Source of the DNA: Chlamydiota bacterium
Lineage (GTDB): Bacteria > Chlamydiota > Chlamydiia > Chlamydiales > RGXB01
Reading direction: 5' to 3'
Assembly: GCA_947494155.1 (NCBI GenBank)
Contig: CANLTW010000003.1
Coordinates: 1-64,000 of the forward strand
Length of the DNA stretch: 64,000 nt
The notes beneath the pieces are model-generated. The model saw nothing but the letters and a program-made list of their open reading frames with translations. It was not told the origin of the DNA and made no database searches. Of the stretch, positions 28,402 to 38,845 are shown piece by piece. The stretch's first letter is position 1; every line of letters starts with the position of its first letter. Made by a program: the position numbers and the translations under genes.

Positions 28402-29819
28402 AGTTTCCCTAAACTGATTGCTTTATAAAGAGGGTAACGTGCTTTCAAATGCTGCACATCAGCCCTTATTTTGGCAGGATCTTCCCCTTTTAGGCAACGA
28501 ACAATAAAATTTGCCACATCGAGCATCTCATTTACCCCCATGTGCAAACTTGTAATAGCGGGGGTTCCTATCCGAATGCCGGAGGTCTGTATTACGCCTC
28601 TAGAATCGTTGGGGATCGCATTTTTATTCACGATAATCCCCCCTTTATATAAACGCTCTTCAGCCTCTCTACCCGTTAAACCAAAAGAAGAAAAAACATC
28701 AAGAACCATCAAATGGTTTTCGGTGCCGCCTGTGATTACCCTTACCCCCTCATTGATAAAATGGCGAGCTAAAGTTTCGGCATTCTCCACAATCCGGTGC
28801 GCATATTTTTGAAAATCTGTTGCAAGAGCCTCCTCAAAAGCTACCGCTTTTGCAGCGATTACATGCTCAAGCGGTCCCCCTTGCGCCAACGGACAGACCC
28901 TTTTCAAACCCTCTTCAAACCTTTTTTTGGAAAGGACGATTCCCCCCCTTGGCCCCCTTAAAGTTTTGTGCGTTGTGCTTGTGACAACATCGGCATAAGG
29001 GATCGGATCATACACTCCTGTGAACACCTTCCCTGCAACAAGCCCCGAAAAATGGGCCATATCCACCAAAAGAACCGCCCCCACCTCATCTGCAATCGAG
29101 CGCATAATCGAAAAATCGACTTTTCTTGAGTAGGAGGAGTAACCAGCTACAAGAATATGAGGTTGGATCTCTTTTGCAAGGTTGCGAATCTGTTCATAGT
29201 TCAAACGTTCAGTTTCAGGATCAACACCGTAACTGTAGGCATCAAAAAGTTTTCCCGAAAAATTATTTCTGAATCCGTGGGTTAAATGGCCGCCATCTTT
29301 TAGAGACATTCCAAGAATACGGGCTTTGGTGAACTCTTGACGGACAACCTCATATTCCTTATGGGTCATCTGCATCAAAGATTTCCCCATCTCCTTCACT
29401 TTGGAACTTTCGATCACTTCGGACAAAATAGCGAGATAAGCGGCCAAGTTTGCATCACAGCCCGAATGGGGTTGCACGGTACAACTCTCGGCATTAAAAA
29501 GTTTTTTTGCCAATTCTTGGGCATAACTCTCCACGTCATCGACATTTTGACATCCCGCGTAATAGCGCTGAAACGGAATCCCCTCGGCATATTTATCGGT
29601 CAACCAATTCCCCATTGTCATCTGCACACGCAAGGAAGAATAGTTTTCCGAGGCGATTAACTTTAAAGAATTTCTTTGGTCTATAAGCTCCTGCTCGATG
29701 GCGCGAGCTACCCTTGGGGAGCCCTTTTCGATAAAATCAAGAGAGGCGAGCATCGCGACTGTATCTAAATGATCCTCAGGGTTTGCCCCGGACTCTAAAA
29801 ATTCCTTTAACCTCGTCAA
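28386..29819 (-). CDS. glyA: Serine hydroxymethyltransferase
   Basis: LIASEN, KYAEG, GGHLTHG and STTHKTLRGPRGG. Start moved to the TTG at 29819 because it follows an AAGGAGG SD and avoids overlap with cdsZ. Confidence 0.95.
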   Translation of the reverse strand: MTRLKEFLESGANPEDHLDTVAMLASLDFIEKGSPRVARAIEQELIDQRNSLKLIASENYSSLRVQMTMGNWLTDKYAEGIPFQRYYAGCQNVDDVESYAQELAKKLFNAESCTVQPHSGCDANLAAYLAILSEVIESSKVKEMGKSLMQMTHKEYEVVRQEFTKARILGMSLKDGGHLTHGFRNNFSGKLFDAYSYGVDPETERLNYEQIRNLAKEIQPHILVAGYSSYSRKVDFSIMRSIADEVGAVLLVDMAHFSGLVAGKVFTGVYDPIPYADVVTSTTHKTLRGPRGGIVLSKKRFEEGLKRVCPLAQGGPLEHVIAAKAVAFEEALATDFQKYAHRIVENAETLARHFINEGVRVITGGTENHLMVLDVFSSFGLTGREAEERLYKGGIIVNKNAIPNDSRGVIQTSGIRIGTPAITSLHMGVNEMLDVANFIVRCLKGEDPAKIRADVQHLKARYPLYKAISLGKLCHTN

Positions 29820-29906
29820 AGGTCCTCCTTCGAGATTTTTGCTTGATCTATATGAATATAGGATGTATTCTATTTTCAGACCATTTCTTTTAGTCAAACG
29901 GAAGCT

Positions 29907-30683
29907 ATGCCCGAGACACTTAGTGATACTCTTAAAAATATCCTCGAGATCCAAACGCTCGATATGCAAATGATCCGGCTCGTCCGCGTTCGTAAAGATC
30001 GAGAAAAAGAACTCGAGCAGATCCGCCTTTTGCGCGTAGAGCTCAAAAATCAATTAGGCGAAAGGGAAAAAGAGCTGGAACAACTCCGCTCCGAGACCGC
30101 CTTTGTCGAGAAAAAAATTGAGGAAGAGAAGCTCAAAATAAAAAAACTTGAAGCCCAGCAAGCCGTTACCAAAAAGCTTGAAGAGTTCAACTCTTTAACC
30201 AAAGAGATCACCTCTTCTGAGCGGGAAAAAACGCAGCTAAGCCAAACGTTACAACAATTGGAAGAGCGCCGCATTCAAGAGGAAGAGCTTTTTGCCAAGA
30301 CAAAACTGAGCCTTGAAGACTCAACAAACAATTCTAAAGAGTTAGAACAAGAGATTGTGAAAACCATTTTGGAGATCAACCAGGAGGGTTCTCAGCTGAA
30401 AGCTGAAAGAGCTCGCTTAGCCGAAGAGGCAGATCCCCACGTTCTTTCTGTTTATGAGCGCCTTCTATCAAATAAAAAAGATGAAGTTGTTGTGGCTTTG
30501 ATGAATCGCGTTTGCAGCGGCTGCCATATCAGCCTAACTGCACAACATGAGAATCTAGTACGTCGTGCAGATAAACTTATTTTCTGTGAACACTGCTCAA
30601 GAATCCACTATCTCCCCGAGACCGAAGCCGAGGGAGAGGCTGCGACTACAAAACGTAGACGCCGTCGCGCTTTAAAAGCATAA
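29907..30683 (+). CDS. cdsZ: Coiled-coil C4 zinc-ribbon protein CdsZ/FlgZ (CT398-like)
   Basis: ILEIQTLDMQMIRL, a long coiled coil and CSGC..CEHC. Adjacent to rnpB. Confidence 0.88.
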   Translation: MPETLSDTLKNILEIQTLDMQMIRLVRVRKDREKELEQIRLLRVELKNQLGEREKELEQLRSETAFVEKKIEEEKLKIKKLEAQQAVTKKLEEFNSLTKEITSSEREKTQLSQTLQQLEERRIQEEELFAKTKLSLEDSTNNSKELEQEIVKTILEINQEGSQLKAERARLAEEADPHVLSVYERLLSNKKDEVVVALMNRVCSGCHISLTAQHENLVRRADKLIFCEHCSRIHYLPETEAEGEAATTKRRRRRALKA

Positions 30684-30695
30684 ATATTCGCCTTT

Positions 30696-31060
30696 TTTGA
30701 GGGGGCGACTCGTCGCTGACGCGCAATAACGCGTCAGAGGAAAGTCTGGACTTCGTAGACGAAAGATGCCAGTGAAAGACTGGGGGCCGCAAGGCTACGG
30801 AAAGTGCAACAGAAAGCAAACCGCGAAGAGTGTAGTAATACATTTAACGATAGGATGAAACGGTGATTTCAGGAATCACCCCTCACCAAGCAATTGGTGC
30901 ATGAGGCAAACCCCATCAGAAGCAAGAGAGAAGGGATCAACGGTTTTCGTCGACTGTCCTTTCGCTAATTCGCTTGAGTTTATTGGCGACAATAGACCCA
31001 GAGGAATGACGAGTAGAGGCTTAACACCTCTTACAGAATCCGGCTTACAGCCCCCTCAAA
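30696..31060 (+). ncRNA. rnpB: RNase P RNA
   Basis: Conserved GAGGAAAGTCTG and ACAGAATCCGGCTTA elements. The 5' TTTGAGGGGGC pairs with the 3' GCCCCCTCAAA (P1). Confidence 0.95.
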
Positions 31061-31076
31061 TTTTTTCCCCACTTCT

Positions 31077-31961
31077 TTATTCGCTTTTAATTTTTCCAAG
31101 AACCAAAGGGTGGCTTTTGTTGTAAACCTCCTCTTTTTTCGTCTTAGAAACTTTTGTGTAAATTTGGGTGGTGCCCAAGCTTTCGTGCCCTAAAATCTCC
31201 TGAATCGATTTGAGATCCATTCCACGATCCAACCAGTGCGTTGCAATGGAGTGCCTAAGAACGTGGGGGGTTATCAAGGGCGAAAGCCCCGCTTTTTTTA
31301 CAACACTCTTGCACATTCTGTCCACAGAACGACAGGTAATCCTTTTTTGAAACTTGTTTAAAAACACCACGCCGGGTTCGCCAAGACCGTTTTGTGGGTG
31401 CTCTCTATAGAGATGAAGCCAATTTTTTACTGTATGAGTAAAAGGGACGATTCGAGATTTATTCCCTTTTCCTCGGACTAAAACAAGCCTTTCTTCCAAG
31501 GAGATATCATCCCAGTTAAGGGCTACAACTTCGCTTAAACGGAGCCCTGAACAATAAAAAAGCTCCAGAATACACCGATCTCTTAGACCTGAAAAACTGC
31601 TGGGGTCAACGCAGTTTAAAAGAATCTCTATTTCCTCTCTAGTTACCGCTCGAGGAATACAAGCCTCCTGCTTGATCGGATCAATGAGATCCATAGGATT
31701 TCTTTCAAGATTCTCATGCAAGACCAAGTAGCGAAAAAAACTTCTCAAAGAGGCGGCCTTCCTGGCGACCGTTTTTTTTGAAATATTTTCTTTGTGCAGC
31801 GCCATAAGAAAAGAGCGAATTTCGTATTTAGAAATGCTTTCTATGGGTTTTTGCAGTACAAAATCGTGAAAGGAGCGCAGATCAGACTCATATGCTCTCA
31901 ATGTATGGGGACTTACTCTCTTAGCACCCTTCATAAACTCTAAAAAACGTGAAATTTGCAC
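31077..31961 (-). CDS. xerC: Tyrosine recombinase XerC
   Basis: SPHTLRAY, GLRLSE, GKGNK, HVLRHSIATH and LGHESLGTTQIY. Sits in chlamydial synteny with ABC-F. Confidence 0.88.
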   Translation of the reverse strand: MQISRFLEFMKGAKRVSPHTLRAYESDLRSFHDFVLQKPIESISKYEIRSFLMALHKENISKKTVARKAASLRSFFRYLVLHENLERNPMDLIDPIKQEACIPRAVTREEIEILLNCVDPSSFSGLRDRCILELFYCSGLRLSEVVALNWDDISLEERLVLVRGKGNKSRIVPFTHTVKNWLHLYREHPQNGLGEPGVVFLNKFQKRITCRSVDRMCKSVVKKAGLSPLITPHVLRHSIATHWLDRGMDLKSIQEILGHESLGTTQIYTKVSKTKKEEVYNKSHPLVLGKIKSE

Positions 31962-31962
31962 C

Positions 31963-31991
31963 TTGAAAACCCTTTTGTCACCTGTTATAGT
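31963..31991 (+). promoter_or_regulatory. Putative sigma66/70 promoter for the ABC-F gene
   Basis: TTGAAA-17 nt-TATAGT with TG before the -10. Confidence 0.45.
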
Positions 31992-32003
31992 CTTCTATTA
32001 ATT

Positions 32004-33593
32004 ATGATTACACTATCTAAGATTACCAAACGTGTGGGCACGCGTACCCTTTTTGAGGATGTTACCATTACTTTCAATAAAGGGCACCGTTATGCCGTAA
32101 CAGGACCTAATGGGGCGGGCAAATCGACCCTTTTAAAAATTATTATGGGGCTTGAAGAGGCCACCTCCGGGACAGTAGCCCTTCCCAAAAAAACGGGCTA
32201 TCTAAGGCAAAACATCCACGACTACAAAGATTTTTCCTTAAGGCAAGTGGTCATTATGGGCAATAAGCGCCTATGGGGAGCATTTGAAGAGCGGGACCGC
32301 CTCTATGAAGTGGAGATGACGGACATGGTAGGTATGCGCTTAGGGACTTTAGAGGAGGTCATTGCTGAAGAGGATGGGTACATGGCCGACAGCGATGCCG
32401 AAAAACTTCTAAGCGGTATGGGAATTCCAGAGGAGCTATTTGATCAGTTGATGGGGAATGTCCCCTCCGATCTGCAGTTTAGAGCCCTAATTTGCCAAGC
32501 TCTTTTCGGCAACCCCGATGCCCTTATGCTTGACGAGCCGACCAACCACTTGGATCTCGATTCAATCACCTGGCTTGAGGAGTTTTTAAAAGACTACAAA
32601 GGGACCTTGATTGTGGTCTCCCACGATCGCTATTTTCTCAATTCGGTGGCAACAGATATCGCAGATATAGACTACGAGACCATCATCCTCTATCCGGGGA
32701 ACTACGATCAGATGGTGCAGACCAAAATGGATGTGCGTGAAAGAGCGCAGCAGGATGCCAAATCTAGAGAGAAAAAGATTGCTCAACTTCAAGATTTTAT
32801 CCAGCGCTTCGGAGCAGGAACACGCTCAAGTCAGGCGACTTCTAGAAAAAAAGAGGTTTTAAGACTGCAGCCACAAGAGATGAAAAGAACGAACATCACC
32901 CGCCCCTTTATTATGTTTGACGAACCCGATCGAGCGGCAAGCTTAGTATTTAAAGCGAATGACTTGAAGAAGGCGTATAATGACCAAACGGTTTTTGAGA
33001 AGCTGCAATTTACCATCTCAAGGGGGGATAAAGTGGGGGTGATCGGAGCCAACGGGATGGGTAAATCGACCCTTTTGAAGCTTTTGGCGCAACTTATAGC
33101 ACCTTCTCATGGGTCACTGGAGGTGGGGCAAAATGTGAAGATCGGCTACTTCCCACAGGAGCACCATGATATCGTGGATAAAAAAGAGCATATCTCCATG
33201 TTTGAGTGGTTAAGAGCTCGCAACCAAAGTGCCTATGATCAAGAGATTCGTGGAAGCCTTGGTAAGCTCCTTTTTTCGGGCGATGATGTTTTCAAAGAGA
33301 CCTACAAGTTATCGGGAGGTGAAACGGCCCGTCTGATTCTCTCCTACCTGATTTTGAGTAAACCGAATGTTTTGGTTTTAGACGAGCCAAACAACCATTT
33401 AGACCTTGAATCTGTATCGGCATTAGGGGATGGCTTGGAGAAGTTTACAGGGACCGTATTGATCGCATCCCATGATAGGGATCTAATCGATCGGGTAGCG
33501 ACGTCGATAATCTCGATTGAGCCTGACGGTGTACACTTTTTCAAAGGAACCCTTGAGGAGTATTTTGAAAGACGATCTAAGGCAACTCGGTAA
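32004..33593 (+). CDS. ABC-F family ATPase
   Basis: Two NBDs (GPNGAGKST, GANGMGKST, LDEPTNHLD, LSGGE) and no TM domain. Confidence 0.93.
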   Translation: MITLSKITKRVGTRTLFEDVTITFNKGHRYAVTGPNGAGKSTLLKIIMGLEEATSGTVALPKKTGYLRQNIHDYKDFSLRQVVIMGNKRLWGAFEERDRLYEVEMTDMVGMRLGTLEEVIAEEDGYMADSDAEKLLSGMGIPEELFDQLMGNVPSDLQFRALICQALFGNPDALMLDEPTNHLDLDSITWLEEFLKDYKGTLIVVSHDRYFLNSVATDIADIDYETIILYPGNYDQMVQTKMDVRERAQQDAKSREKKIAQLQDFIQRFGAGTRSSQATSRKKEVLRLQPQEMKRTNITRPFIMFDEPDRAASLVFKANDLKKAYNDQTVFEKLQFTISRGDKVGVIGANGMGKSTLLKLLAQLIAPSHGSLEVGQNVKIGYFPQEHHDIVDKKEHISMFEWLRARNQSAYDQEIRGSLGKLLFSGDDVFKETYKLSGGETARLILSYLILSKPNVLVLDEPNNHLDLESVSALGDGLEKFTGTVLIASHDRDLIDRVATSIISIEPDGVHFFKGTLEEYFERRSKATR

Positions 33594-34305
33594 ATACCAA
33601 TTCCTCGCTCTGCACTCGGGGGCAAAAAAAAGGATTTTGGCGAAACTGATTAGGCGTTTGTACCTTAATGAGGCGGATTGTGAGGCTATAGAGCACTACG
33701 AGCGTCTGAGAGGCTACGACGAGACTTTTCCTCCGCTTCCAAAAGGGGCTGAGGGGCTTTCTGCGCTGTATCACCAACTGATGGAATCGATAAAACCGAC
33801 TGGAGGCGCCCCCCAGATTTTGCCCCAAATCCGCAGACTCGATCAATTAGAAAAACTGACCCCTTTTTTGCCCTTCAGTATCTACCTGGATCAGATCCGT
33901 TCAGCGTATAATCTAGGTAGTATTATTCGTACATGCGAAGCCTTTCGGCTAGGTTCCATACATCTTTCTCCATTTTGCCCCTCTAAAGGGCATAAGGAGA
34001 TTGCAAAAACAGCACTAGGGGCAGAGCACCATGTGGAGATTTTTGAAAACGCCCGTTTAGAGGACCTCCCGCGCCCCTGGATTGCGCTAGAAACAGGCAC
34101 CAATGCATACAATTATGCCTCATTCCCCTTTCCCCAAGCGGGCGGAACCCTAATTTTTGGAAACGAAGAGTTTGGCGTTTCCAATACGATTCTCGCCAAA
34201 GCTGACTATCTCGTCGAAATCCCTCTGCAAGGGGTAAAAAACTCACTCAACGTAGCCAACGCCTTCTCCATCATTGCAAGCTCCATCCGTAACACCTTTT
34301 CTTAG
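33565..34305 (+). CDS. TrmH/SpoU family RNA methyltransferase
   Basis: NLGSIIRT, FGNEEFGVS and IPLQG.KNSLNVA. The TTG start is preceded by GAGGAG. Confidence 0.88.
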   Translation: MKDDLRQLGKYQFLALHSGAKKRILAKLIRRLYLNEADCEAIEHYERLRGYDETFPPLPKGAEGLSALYHQLMESIKPTGGAPQILPQIRRLDQLEKLTPFLPFSIYLDQIRSAYNLGSIIRTCEAFRLGSIHLSPFCPSKGHKEIAKTALGAEHHVEIFENARLEDLPRPWIALETGTNAYNYASFPFPQAGGTLIFGNEEFGVSNTILAKADYLVEIPLQGVKNSLNVANAFSIIASSIRNTFS

Positions 34306-34613
34306 TAACTTCTTAAAGAAAAAATCTCATTTGAAATACTCTCCTTTAACTTCTTACCTAAAGCTAACTAAAAAGTCGATTTTTTACCGTTTGCTCAAAA
34401 ACAGCAAAATAGACATCTAAATTTTTTGTCTTGCTTCAGTTAATTTAAACCTTACTTAAAGGGCTATAGAAAATATTTCTTGTCCCAAAATTTTTGGTTT
34501 ACGAACACATACATCATATTTCAAAAATTTATCTATCTATAGGATGAGAAAATATTTTTGCGTATTTTAGGAGTTGTTTACAAAAATGCTCGTCTTTGAA
34601 ATAGAAAAAAAGG

Positions 34614-36062
34614 ATGAATAGATATATCTCTTACGCTTTTTTTATTGTTTTGATCGTCTCGATTGGATTACTGGCTAAAGCGGTGGAGAGGATGGAATTG
34701 AAAGCTAGAACAGCTCTTAAGAGAAATGTCGAACGGTATTTCCTCGCTTTTGAACAAAAAACGCAAAAGCTCGATGTTCTTGGTCAAAAAAACTATTTGG
34801 GTCAACTCACTATCCAGGGATCGAAATGGCCTATTCTTGTACAATATACTGAAGATCACTGGAAAATCCTTCAACCTGTGCAAAGAGTCGGTTTAGACAA
34901 CAACTATTTCTCGAAAAAAAGTTTTAAAATCACCTCTGCGCTATGGTCTAGAGAGGAATCCCCCGTAAGAACCACCTACTACCGTATTCTACCCCAAAAA
35001 GGTGGAGGACATCGCGTTCTGGAGATCCACGATTTTGAAACATTATTTCTAGCTCCTTTTGAGAATCTTCAGCTCTGTTTTACCAAAAAAGAGACTCTTG
35101 ACAGTTCAATCCCCTTTTTCAACATCCAAGATCCACAGTTAAAAAAAGGGGGAACGTACACTTGGAAAGGGTACCAGGTAGAGACTAAACGAACTCTAGA
35201 GGGGATCAACGAACCCCTTTTACTGCAGATGGTGCACCCGTATTCATTTGAAATCTGGATGTGTCTACTGGCCACAGCTTTTAGCACCCTTTTAGTTTGT
35301 ATAGATCTTTTCAAAATTGCCAAAAAGGGGGGGAAAGTTCACTGGTGGGTAGGCTATTGCCTCTCGTCAGTAGCTTTAGTCTTAGTTGTAGCTCTCTATA
35401 ATCAAAAGAAGAGCGAAATTTGGACTCTGGAAAAAAAGCTCTTTCACTACGATTCTGCCGCCTTTTCAGGGGCACAGGAGTATATCTATCATATCCAACA
35501 GCTCGCAAAATCGCTGCAAAGTATTTATCATGATGACATATTGAAGGCCGATGCCTCCATTTTAAAAAAATGGCCTTATATTGAGAGGATTCAGTGGATC
35601 GATCACAAAAAAAATCTTCTAAAAGAGATTGGCCCTCCACAACCAAAACATTCCCCCTCCTTAAGAACCCTTTTTATGAAAGATACGGGCTGGATTCTAA
35701 CAAATAAGGAGTCAGAGTCCCCTCTTTTCATCCATTATCTAACGGAAAATGAGGTCTCTATTTACTTGCAAATGGACTTTAAGCCACTTTCTTTAGGCTT
35801 TCTCTCATTGCGAGAAAAAGCTCTCACCGAGTACAGCCTCAGTACCCTTTCTGCGAAAAACGAACCAAACCACACTGAACAGATTGGGGATAGCCCTTTT
35901 ATCTTAAAAAAAGAGAGAGATTCTCAGCCTCACCTCTATTTTTTCTTTTTAGCTATTCCATTTTTTACCCTTGGTTGGGCCTATTTCCTTCTTAGAATCT
36001 ACCACCTCGCAATAATAAAAAAGACCCACCTACCTCAAAACTCCAAAGTTTCACACAGCTAG
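34614..36062 (+). CDS. Hypothetical multi-pass membrane protein
   Basis: 482 aa with four predicted TM segments flanking two soluble domains. Confidence 0.65.
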   Translation: MNRYISYAFFIVLIVSIGLLAKAVERMELKARTALKRNVERYFLAFEQKTQKLDVLGQKNYLGQLTIQGSKWPILVQYTEDHWKILQPVQRVGLDNNYFSKKSFKITSALWSREESPVRTTYYRILPQKGGGHRVLEIHDFETLFLAPFENLQLCFTKKETLDSSIPFFNIQDPQLKKGGTYTWKGYQVETKRTLEGINEPLLLQMVHPYSFEIWMCLLATAFSTLLVCIDLFKIAKKGGKVHWWVGYCLSSVALVLVVALYNQKKSEIWTLEKKLFHYDSAAFSGAQEYIYHIQQLAKSLQSIYHDDILKADASILKKWPYIERIQWIDHKKNLLKEIGPPQPKHSPSLRTLFMKDTGWILTNKESESPLFIHYLTENEVSIYLQMDFKPLSLGFLSLREKALTEYSLSTLSAKNEPNHTEQIGDSPFILKKERDSQPHLYFFFLAIPFFTLGWAYFLLRIYHLAIIKKTHLPQNSKVSHS

Positions 36063-36194
36063 GATTTGGTTTTCATGAACTGTGAAAAAATCCACTATTA
36101 GAGTTAAAAAAGTGCAATCTCTTTCCTGTCATAGCTCCTAAACTTTACAAAAAGGGGGGGATCTATTAGTGTCAAAAAAAAATAGGGACTTTCT

Positions 36195-36602
36195 ATGCAA
36201 CAAGATGATCTAAAACATCAGCTCCAAATACACCTTCGACAATTTATCCGGCTTATTCGGCTTAGAGATGCCGTTATGGAACCCGAAATTTTGAAAAAAA
36301 TCGCAGAAAATATCGTTCATCTAAAAGAGACAGCATCCAAAGTGCACCATTCGAACTCTATGACAGATGAGTTGCGCACCAACGCAAAAATTATAGAAAA
36401 TATGATGCTGCAAGAGCTTGAAGCCGATGGGGTAGAGGCCTCATATTACCAGGCTGCAAGGCATTTAATTGAGTCTGACAACCCCGATGAAATGAAAAAA
36501 CTTGTTAAGGAGCTTCTCGCTTTTTCAAGCGTTGAGGAGCGCTATTCTCTTATAGACCATTTTGCACACATAGCAGACAATCCCGATACAACGCTCGATT
36601 AA
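36195..36602 (+). CDS. Hypothetical helical protein
   Basis: 135-aa ORF with AGGGA upstream. Its stop overlaps the rnz stop. Confidence 0.6.
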   Translation: MQQDDLKHQLQIHLRQFIRLIRLRDAVMEPEILKKIAENIVHLKETASKVHHSNSMTDELRTNAKIIENMMLQELEADGVEASYYQAARHLIESDNPDEMKKLVKELLAFSSVEERYSLIDHFAHIADNPDTTLD

Positions 36603-37516
36603 AAAGAGAAACGTTTCAGATCTTGGGCTGCATAAGCATTCAAAAAGATTTTTCTGGCCTCCTCTTCAAAAAGAGTTTGGTCAGAATACCTTGCGGAAAA
36701 ATGGGTCATGACCATCTTTTCTACTTCAGCCTGTTTAGCAATTTTTGCAGCCTGACTTGCTGTCATGTGTTTATAGTTTTCGGCCAACTCCCTCTCCTCT
36801 TCAAGATAGGTCGATTCGATTAAAAGAAGTTTTGCATGTTTCGACAGCTCAACAGCTTGTGAGCACTCTAATGTATCGATCACGACAGCTACGCTATCGC
36901 CCGGCTTAACATAGGATACATCATCTATATCCACTCGCCCATGCTGGGTTACAATCACCCCCTTTTCAAGGAGCTCTTTGACCATTGGTCCCTGCACACC
37001 CTTTTCCTTTAATTTTGACTGGATACATTTACGGGAATCCTTCTCCTGGATGCGCCAGCCAACACAATCGATTCCATGGTTAAGCATCGCCCCGTAGATA
37101 AAAAAATCCTCGGTCTCATCCACAAGGGTCAGCTCCTTAGAGACCTTTACCGGGTGCTCCACGATGGTGATTGTTTGTGTATAAATGGAGGAATATCTAA
37201 GGTTGTCAAAATATCTTTTGCCGCTTTCTGGATAGTAGATATGGATAGGCTGGGGAACTTTATCCAGGTTGAGACGTAAAATCATAGCACCCAAACCCAG
37301 GCAGTGGTCCCCGTGGAAATGGCTTACAAAAATTCTAGTCACCGCCGTTGGGGCAATATTTGCAAAAATAAATTGTCTTTGCGTTGCTTCTCCGGGATCA
37401 AACAAAAATCCCTCTTTTTTCCAACGCAATAAATAGGCATTATGGTTTCTTTCTCTAGTATGCTGTTGCGAACCGCAACCCAAAATCGTTAATTCTCGTA
37501 AACTCAAGTTGAACAC
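36599..37516 (-). CDS. rnz: Ribonuclease Z
   Basis: FDPGE, SHFHGDHCLG, DT, ESTY and THFSARY motifs. Confidence 0.93.
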   Translation of the reverse strand: MFNLSLRELTILGCGSQQHTRERNHNAYLLRWKKEGFLFDPGEATQRQFIFANIAPTAVTRIFVSHFHGDHCLGLGAMILRLNLDKVPQPIHIYYPESGKRYFDNLRYSSIYTQTITIVEHPVKVSKELTLVDETEDFFIYGAMLNHGIDCVGWRIQEKDSRKCIQSKLKEKGVQGPMVKELLEKGVIVTQHGRVDIDDVSYVKPGDSVAVVIDTLECSQAVELSKHAKLLLIESTYLEEERELAENYKHMTASQAAKIAKQAEVEKMVMTHFSARYSDQTLFEEEARKIFLNAYAAQDLKRFSF

Positions 37517-38280
37517 CTAAACCATCGATTAAAACCTAAAATTCCTCCAAATAAAGCACCAGTCAAATGTGCCGTATTTGCTATCGGACTCACCACTGTA
37601 GTCCCACTCAAAAAGACAAATACCTGTCCAAATAACTCGAGAAGTGTCAAAAACAAAATATAAATAAAAAGAAGACTTATCCCCGATTTTGAGAGCGGAT
37701 AGCCCTCCCAAGGAGCCCTTTTTGTCCGGATATAAATAAAACCGGCGAGTGCGCAAACTACCCCCGAAACCCCAAGAAATAGGGGGCCAGTCACAAAAAA
37801 TTGGGCAACGTTTGCTATACTTCCCGTTAGTAAAATCAGCACAAGCAACTTAAGAGGGCCCGCCCTTTTTTCAATCATCGATCCTAGAGGGGCAAACCAC
37901 AACAAGTTGAACAAAATATGTATGAAGTTAGCATGTAAAAGTGCAGGGGTGAAAATGCGAAAAAATTGTCCGTTAACGATAGACAAACTCAAAAATGGGA
38001 TATCCATTGTTCCCTGTTGGCGACCTTCAGAAAGTATTTTAGACAGAACCTCTTGTGTGATCGGGTCTAACGCATCGAATGATGGGACACTTTTTTGTGA
38101 CAGCAAAAGATCATATAATTGCCGATCTAAGGGGAAATCTTGAAACATCAGGATCGTTTTTATGGGAGTCAGGGGGATGATCGATTGCACGTAGGAGGAG
38201 GCACCCGAAAAAAGTTGAAAAAATTGGTAGGTATCTAAAAGGTATACCGCAACCATCAAATAACAGAATAATCTAACCAA
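37504..38280 (-). CDS. Rhomboid intramembrane serine protease
   Basis: HANFIHILFN, GVSG (catalytic Ser) and AHLTG (catalytic His). Confidence 0.9.
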   Translation of the reverse strand: MVRLFCYLMVAVYLLDTYQFFQLFSGASSYVQSIIPLTPIKTILMFQDFPLDRQLYDLLLSQKSVPSFDALDPITQEVLSKILSEGRQQGTMDIPFLSLSIVNGQFFRIFTPALLHANFIHILFNLLWFAPLGSMIEKRAGPLKLLVLILLTGSIANVAQFFVTGPLFLGVSGVVCALAGFIYIRTKRAPWEGYPLSKSGISLLFIYILFLTLLELFGQVFVFLSGTTVVSPIANTAHLTGALFGGILGFNRWFRCST

Positions 38281-38845
38281 TTTTTTTACCCAAAGACAAG
38301 ATTTTTTGTATAATCGAGGAAGTGGAAAGCCCCTCTAGCTTTTCCACAATAAAAAGATTCCCCCCCCCCTCACGGACGGTATTAGCCTCGATGCAGTTGC
38401 TCCCGTACTCTGAACCATTGACATGGATATCAGGTCGACAGATTTCTAGGAGTTCTCGCGGATCGTCTTGGTCAAACCAAGTAACATAATCGACAAATAG
38501 AAAAGAGGCCATCATCTTCACGCGCCCCTCAAGATTGATTATCGGACGATCAGTAGATTTATACCGCCGAATCGAAGCGTCGGTATTAAGAGCCACTAGA
38601 ACCACTCCGTTGTCCCCCTTTAAATCAAAAGCTTGGGACAACATCTCTAGGTGCCCTGCATGGGGAAGATCAAAAGAGCCATTCAGGGTAATCAACCTTT
38701 TGTTTTGCTCCCTCAAACTAGTAATCGATTCTGCTAGTGTATCAGGAGCTAGGACTTTACGCCTCAGGGCCGGATGCCACTTGGATACGTCTATTGTTTG
38801 GGTAGTCGAATGCAACTTTGAAGACATCCTCATATGTATCCACAA
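38273..38845 (-). CDS. RfaE domain II-like (heptose-1-phosphate adenylyl/cytidylyl) transferase, start uncertain
   Basis: NGSFDLPHAGH, ALNTDASIRRYK..RPI and STSSII motifs. Confidence 0.85.
   Translation of the reverse strand: MWIHMRMSSKLHSTTQTIDVSKWHPALRRKVLAPDTLAESITSLREQNKRLITLNGSFDLPHAGHLEMLSQAFDLKGDNGVVLVALNTDASIRRYKSTDRPIINLEGRVKMMASFLFVDYVTWFDQDDPRELLEICRPDIHVNGSEYGSNCIEANTVREGGGNLFIVEKLEGLSTSSIIQKILSLGKKIG

Noticed and set aside
29820..30053. N-terminal extension of glyA in the ORF track
   Set aside because: Overlaps divergent cdsZ. A strong SD plus TTG at 29819 gives a normal start.
30646..31125. Short ORFs 30646..30843 and 30901..31125
   Set aside because: They overlap the RNase P RNA gene.
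31077..31961. Tyrosine recombinase next to an RNA gene as a possible integrative element
   Set aside because: Size, motifs and xerC/ABC-F synteny fit housekeeping XerC. No att repeats or cargo genes were seen.
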